Of a stretch of DNA of 248,000 bases, positions 242,261-248,000 are shown one piece after another. The stretch is from NCBI GenBank assembly GCA_951406725.2, contig OX597819.1, forward strand, positions 25,068,001 through 25,316,000, read 5' to 3'. The notes beneath the pieces are model-generated. The model did no database searches, was not told where the DNA came from, and saw nothing but the letters and a program-made list of their open reading frames with translations. Numbering within the stretch: the stretch's first letter is position 1; the number at the start of each line of letters is the position of its first letter. The position numbers and the translations under genes are program-made. Origin of the DNA: Octopus vulgaris (taxonomy: Eukaryota).

Positions 242261-245171
242261 AGTAGGGTGTCATTCTTCTCTACAGTCCAATAGAGAAAGT
242301 GAACCCATTACTGCATGATAATATAAAAAAGAATTGCTAATTCCCCTATACAGATAGATCGCTTATTACATAGAACTATCTAGCTAGATACATAAAAACA
242401 TAAATAGATTAGACAGATAGTGATAATAGATAAAAAGATTAATACATGCATATACATAGATTGATAAATCGAGACAGATGGAAAAATGAAAATATAAAGA
242501 GATTAATAAACAGTTATTCTTTTATTTGAGACTTGACGCTAATTGGTTCAATCTGCAAGATGTCGTTACAGAGCTAAAATTCTACTTTTGTATCACATAT
242601 TACATCACATATTAAGAATTTAATTCAACGTAAATAATACAAAAATAAATAGATAAAAAGATATATATATATGTATACATAATTTAATATACACAGTATT
242701 TAAATATGAGCTGCTATTAGTTTCATTCGGTGAGACTGTGAAAACACATTAAGCATTAGAATAAGTTCTCCTTCCGGGGGTCATATCGACACCCAGGGTC
242801 GATTTTTTGGATTCTCTAGCATATATACCTGCAGATCCACTGCAGGAATACTCACTTTTGCCAGGTGAATGGACTGAAGCAACGTGGAATGAAGTGTTAT
242901 GCTCAAGAGCCCAACGCCCACTCCAAAAATCGAAATCACAATCTTACGATCAGGAATCCAACACCCTAACTACACACATACACACACATAAGAGAAGTAA
243001 ATGGAATTCACAAATCCAGAAGGATACCAATAAAACACCCAGTGTTAAACGAATTTGGTCAACTACAGCCAAGAATCAGATATCAATAAATGCAAGTAGA
243101 ATACGATTCCAAAATAATGCCTCATGTTTAACAAGTAAATCCAGAATATCGTTTAGAAGAATTTCAAGAAATTCGGAGTGTCAGACAACAAAGATCAGAA
243201 TGGAGAAAATCAAATGTTTAATAGGTAATTAAACTGTAGCAATAAACATTTTAGCCATTTTGAAATGTGGCGCGAATTGGCAATATGACGTAATGTCTTT
243301 GCCGAAGAATTATCATTTTCGTTTTTTTCCCATTGGTTAATATAACTGCTCATATAAAGATTCTAGAAGTTTCGAAAAGAATGTTTGTCCTGAATTTCGA
243401 TTCTTTTTGGTCAGGTTGAGCAGTTATAAAAGCCCTGGATTTGGGGAGAAACTTTAGTGTTCATTGGTGTCACATAACTCCACGTCACTCACTTTTTTGG
243501 AGGCATCGGTAAATTTTATGCCATGTCTACGTTAATCACAAATCTATTTTGATTTGTTGGTTAACGTATTAGATAGAAAGAAGAAATTAGCTAAGGAATT
243601 TATAGTCGTTTTTCTTCACGACGAAGTTATCTTTCTTTCTGTTAAAAAATATAAAATGTTATATTTGTATAATAAAACATAATTAAAAGGAAATGTTTCT
243701 CTTCACGTTTGTTTTTCAACTAAGCATAGATAAATATGCATTTCTGTAATCTTTGATTTATGTTTCTTACAGCGGTTTAAAGGATACGATTAAAATATTC
243801 AACATACATTGTCGTTGATGTAGCGTTCCATGCGTATATGTCTAGATGACGCTATAACTGCAGTTAGGGTTTTAGATATAATGATAACACTTGAGTATAA
243901 GTGACGTTGAATCATTATATTCTCCCTTACTCAGAGAAAAGCCTAAATAAATAATATAACCTAAGAGAAGGCTTAAGGTAGAATAACCGAAAACCGCCGT
244001 AACACCATATAACACCGACGATCGTTTTTGTTGTGTCAACATATTTAGATATAAAAGATATCAGTCAAATTAATATATCCGAAAATATATGTTAATACAA
244101 CGTTATCAAAGCAGTCCAAAATTGGTTAAATTCAATAAGATCTAAAAAAATATCTCTTGGAGACGAACACATACAAAAAGAACGTTAAGAAGAAGTGTAA
244201 CAGAAAAGTCATTTTAGTACTTGACTTTTGATGATGTCAGTAGATAAGGAAAATATAAGAATAAACATAGGAATTCTACCTTCCGACAATTAGAAACTTA
244301 GAAATTCGATGTCACAACAATTATCTATCTATTAAATATACTAAATATTTTTAAGAAAAATTATGCGTATTATGTTATATGAAAAGCAATTATAATTCAT
244401 GGGTTATAGAGAATTGAAGTATTTAAATGCTTTTCTATATTTGTGAGAACATTTCAATGTAAAATTACCTTTATAATTTAATAATATTAATTTAGAATTA
244501 ATTATATAATATGTATCCTCAAAGCAAAGATCACATTTGAAATTACCAGTACTGTACGGTGGTGCGTAACTAATAAGGGACAACTTTAAATCATACTTAA
244601 TGTTCCTATGCTTTAAGTTCCAAATGCACTTTTATATATACATAAGGTCCTGGGTGGGTAGAAAGATAGGGTATTTCCAATGCAGTACTCGACTCAAGCT
244701 TCAGGCAATCTACTCCAGACTAACATCGAAATTCTTCCGGTGTAGAGAATTGAAGTTTCACAGCGGTAAAATGGTTGCGTGCGTTTCGTGAAGAGTAAAA
244801 TATAATCTAAAGGAAAAGTTTAAGAAAGACTTTAAAACATTTTTAACGATCAGTTACACTTATCTCGGTACCAACTTTGCTTTCAATGCCAGTTAACGAA
244901 AAAAAGTCCAAGTGAAAATTTACGTAATATTTACGGTTTTAAATATTCATGGCACTTCTTCAGACCTGCATCAAAGATGTACTCTTACATTAACCTACCT
245001 TTGATGAAGGTCTGAGGAAGCGCCACTCTAATGTTTAAAATCGCAAATGTTACGTAAGTTTTCAGTTGGAACTTTTACGTGAACCGACGTTGAAAGCTAA
245101 GTTGGTACAGAGATAATTGTACCTGATAATTAAAGATGTGTTAAAATCTTCCTTTGTATTTTTATTTGGAT

Positions 245172-245233
<62 letters not shown>

Positions 245234-245725
245234 TGTGTGTGTATGTGTGTGTATGTGTGTGAGAGAGAGAGAGAGAGAAACTGGGAAAAGTGTCAGGCAT
245301 TGTAAAATGTTATAAAGACGCCGTAAAAATGTCCTTAAGTAATTTCCTTCCTAGTTGACAAATAAAAACAAACAAAAATCAAATGAAAAAAAAACCAAAA
245401 AAACAAAGTCTACCGGCAATTATTAGTGACTCTCAAAGAAAAGGGAAGATAATTTCAAAGCAATTAACAATTAATCTTTCAAAGTTAATTGAACATGCTT
245501 CGATGAAGGAAAACATGAATTTTGTTAACAGTCAAGAAGCAAGGAATGTTTAAGCTTTCATTCCTATTGCTGTTTTATTTAAAACATTCTAATAATTGAA
245601 TTTCACGCATTGAATTAACTAGGTTTCCATTATTGTTTAGCTCCTAGTCAACACTGCCATGAACAATCTGAACTAAATTATCTTATGTAACCCTTCCCAT
245701 CTTCTGTTTTGATATATATATATAC

Positions 245726-245813
<88 letters not shown>

Positions 245814-246011
245814 CGGGAAGCTTTATGAAAATAAACAAAAGACGAATGCAGGTGGAATACAAACAAACAATTGTATTAGTATGGCGCTCAGGAATATAAA
245901 TAAAACAAGTCTTTTACGTTTCGAGCCTACGCTCTTCAACAGAAAGATACACAGAAAAGAAACACGGAAAGAAACAAGAAGAGAAAAAAATGCGTGCAGA
246001 AGCTACCGAAT

Positions 246012-246070
<59 letters not shown>

Positions 246071-248000
246071 TATGTTTATTCCCTCCCTGCTTGAGGTTAC
246101 CGTGGTCTTTTCCGTAGGCTTTTCTTTCCGCGGATAAACCTAATCTTGCTTTTTACATTTTAAAAATTCTTCTGTGATATACGATCACTTTTGATCGGAA
246201 TTTTATTTTATTTTATTTATTTTCGAAAAGGAAAGCTCAACATTTGTATTTGTGCCCTCTGTGTTCAGCCCTGTGTGGCCAATAAAGAAAGTTATATAAA
246301 TATATATATATTTACATTATTTACATTGGACAGATATGTGTCCTCATCTTGTTTGTTGTTTACACAACGTTTCAGCTGATTTACTCTCCAGTTTTCATCA
246401 GGTGTCCTGGTAGAATTTTGAACCCTACCTTGGGTTCTCATTCCTAAAGTATCTTTTACTGACGTTATTATTAAAATATGTCCCTTACATATTTCAACTT
246501 CCAAAAACAAATTCGCTTCAGTTACTGTGGAGAAAACGTTCCCTCTTATGGCAAGAGGTGAAAAAAACACTATGTTTGCGCAGTGCTGTTCTCTATCAGA
246601 TTCTCAAACACGTTTCTAGTTCTTTAACAGTTATCAATGGGAAATACTGAAGAGAGATAACTCTGGCCAGGTTTTGAAGCCGTAGCTTGAATTAAAACAT
246701 AGTCAACAACATTGACTGGGTTACACTATTAGGCTTGCGTGGTCGAAAGAAATTCAGCAGGGTTTTATTCCCCTACCCCAGTAACTGCAGTGAATTTGTC
246801 ATTAGAAATTGAAAAATATCTGAAGGCTATTTTAACACTGACACTAGCGAACTTCCACCCACCTTATGCATATAGGCATGTTTACACTAACAAAAAGGGT
246901 AAAGCCCCCCCCCGCTTCGGTTATAAATGACCATGAGATTGCACCTAGGAATTATCCCCCCAGAAGTACAGGCCCGGACAATGTTGTTTATGGAAGACCA
247001 GCAGTCACCCACGTATGCCAGCATCCCCTCTCCACGCCACACCACCAGTGTTATCCAAGGGAAAGGCAAAGGCCAATACAGCTTGGCACCAGTGACATCG
247101 CAATTCATTTCTACAGCTGAGTGAATTGGAGCAGCGTGAAATAAAGTGTTTTGCTCAAGAACACAACTCACACAGCCTGGTCCAGGAATCAAACTCACTA
247201 CCTCATGATTGTGAGCCTGGCGCTCTAACCACTGAGCCATGAGCCTTCACAATTTTTTAATGGTAATAATATTAAAATTTGATATGTTTATTTTGTAATT
247301 CTACTTTTAATACTTCGGCAGTTTACAGTGAAACTGTCAACAATACAAACCACTTTCAGTTTTTATTTGTTTAGGCTTTTGCTAAATTTTTCCAGCCATT
247401 GGAGTGCGGCCATGGTGGCGTATTGCCTTGAAGTGTTTAGTCGAACAATACCTCCTCTGTACTTAGCGTTTCGGCAAAAAAGACCGATTGATTAATTTAC
247501 CAGACTAAGAAAACAAAAAAACACCTCTGTACTTTCTCTTTTTAAGTAAGGTAATTAATCTATCGGTCCTTTTTTGCCGAAACGCTAAGTTATGGAGATG
247601 TAAACAAACCAACGCCAATTGTCAAGCTATGAGAAGACAAGCACAAAAAAACATACACACACACATGCAAGTATTCATATACAGACTAAATTCTACGCAG
247701 TTTCCACTTATTAAATTCATTCACAAGACGTAGGTCAACCTGGTGCTATAGCTGAAGCCACTCAACGAATTCAAAACTAGATGGCTGCGAACCAGATGTC
247801 TTAACTGCGCTGCTATGGCTGCATTGATCGATGAAGAAAGACAAAAAACGTAAAAATGGTTTGTAGCATAAAGACAATGCAGAGTCGAATAAATCGAGCC
247901 GAAGTATTTGACTGGTATCTTACATTATCATAGTTGGAAAGAATTACAGGTAGTCATCCTCTTCGGAATTTTGAAAGTTGATTGTGAAGACATTTTAACT

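Overview
This is a 248 kb eukaryotic window, AT-rich and dense in microsatellites. The tRNA-derived SINE families and intron architecture point to an octopus-type cephalopod genome (inference). One host gene is supported: a + strand class-5 semaphorin (sema5). I reconstructed 20 coding exons by hand (30941-185775). All introns are GT-AG with compatible phases, giving a 3063-nt, 1020-aa ORF: signal peptide, Sema domain, PSI domain, six TSP1 repeats, transmembrane helix and short cytoplasmic tail. Everything else is repeat-derived: several SINE families, non-autonomous Helitrons plus a Pif1-type Helitron remnant, hAT, piggyBac-like and mariner MITEs and relics, RTE, CR1 and Tx1 LINE fragments, a near-intact R4/Dong-type retrotransposon sitting in a train of (TAA)n-targeted insertions, and a decayed Penelope-like element. 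The most interesting unannotated signal is about 15 type I hammerhead-ribozyme motifs from several sequence families. They sit in foldback or inverted-repeat elements, often inside (TA)n. They show covariation in stem I and palindromic loop III sequences, and one element ends exactly at the predicted cleavage site. Inside sema5 the best-formed copies are antisense and the sense copies are mostly damaged. An in-frame alternative donor and read-through at sema5 exon 17 could give a longer or a secreted isoform. Coordinates were counted manually: exon boundaries should be exact or nearly so, and repeat boundaries are approximate. No alignments, folding runs or database searches were performed.
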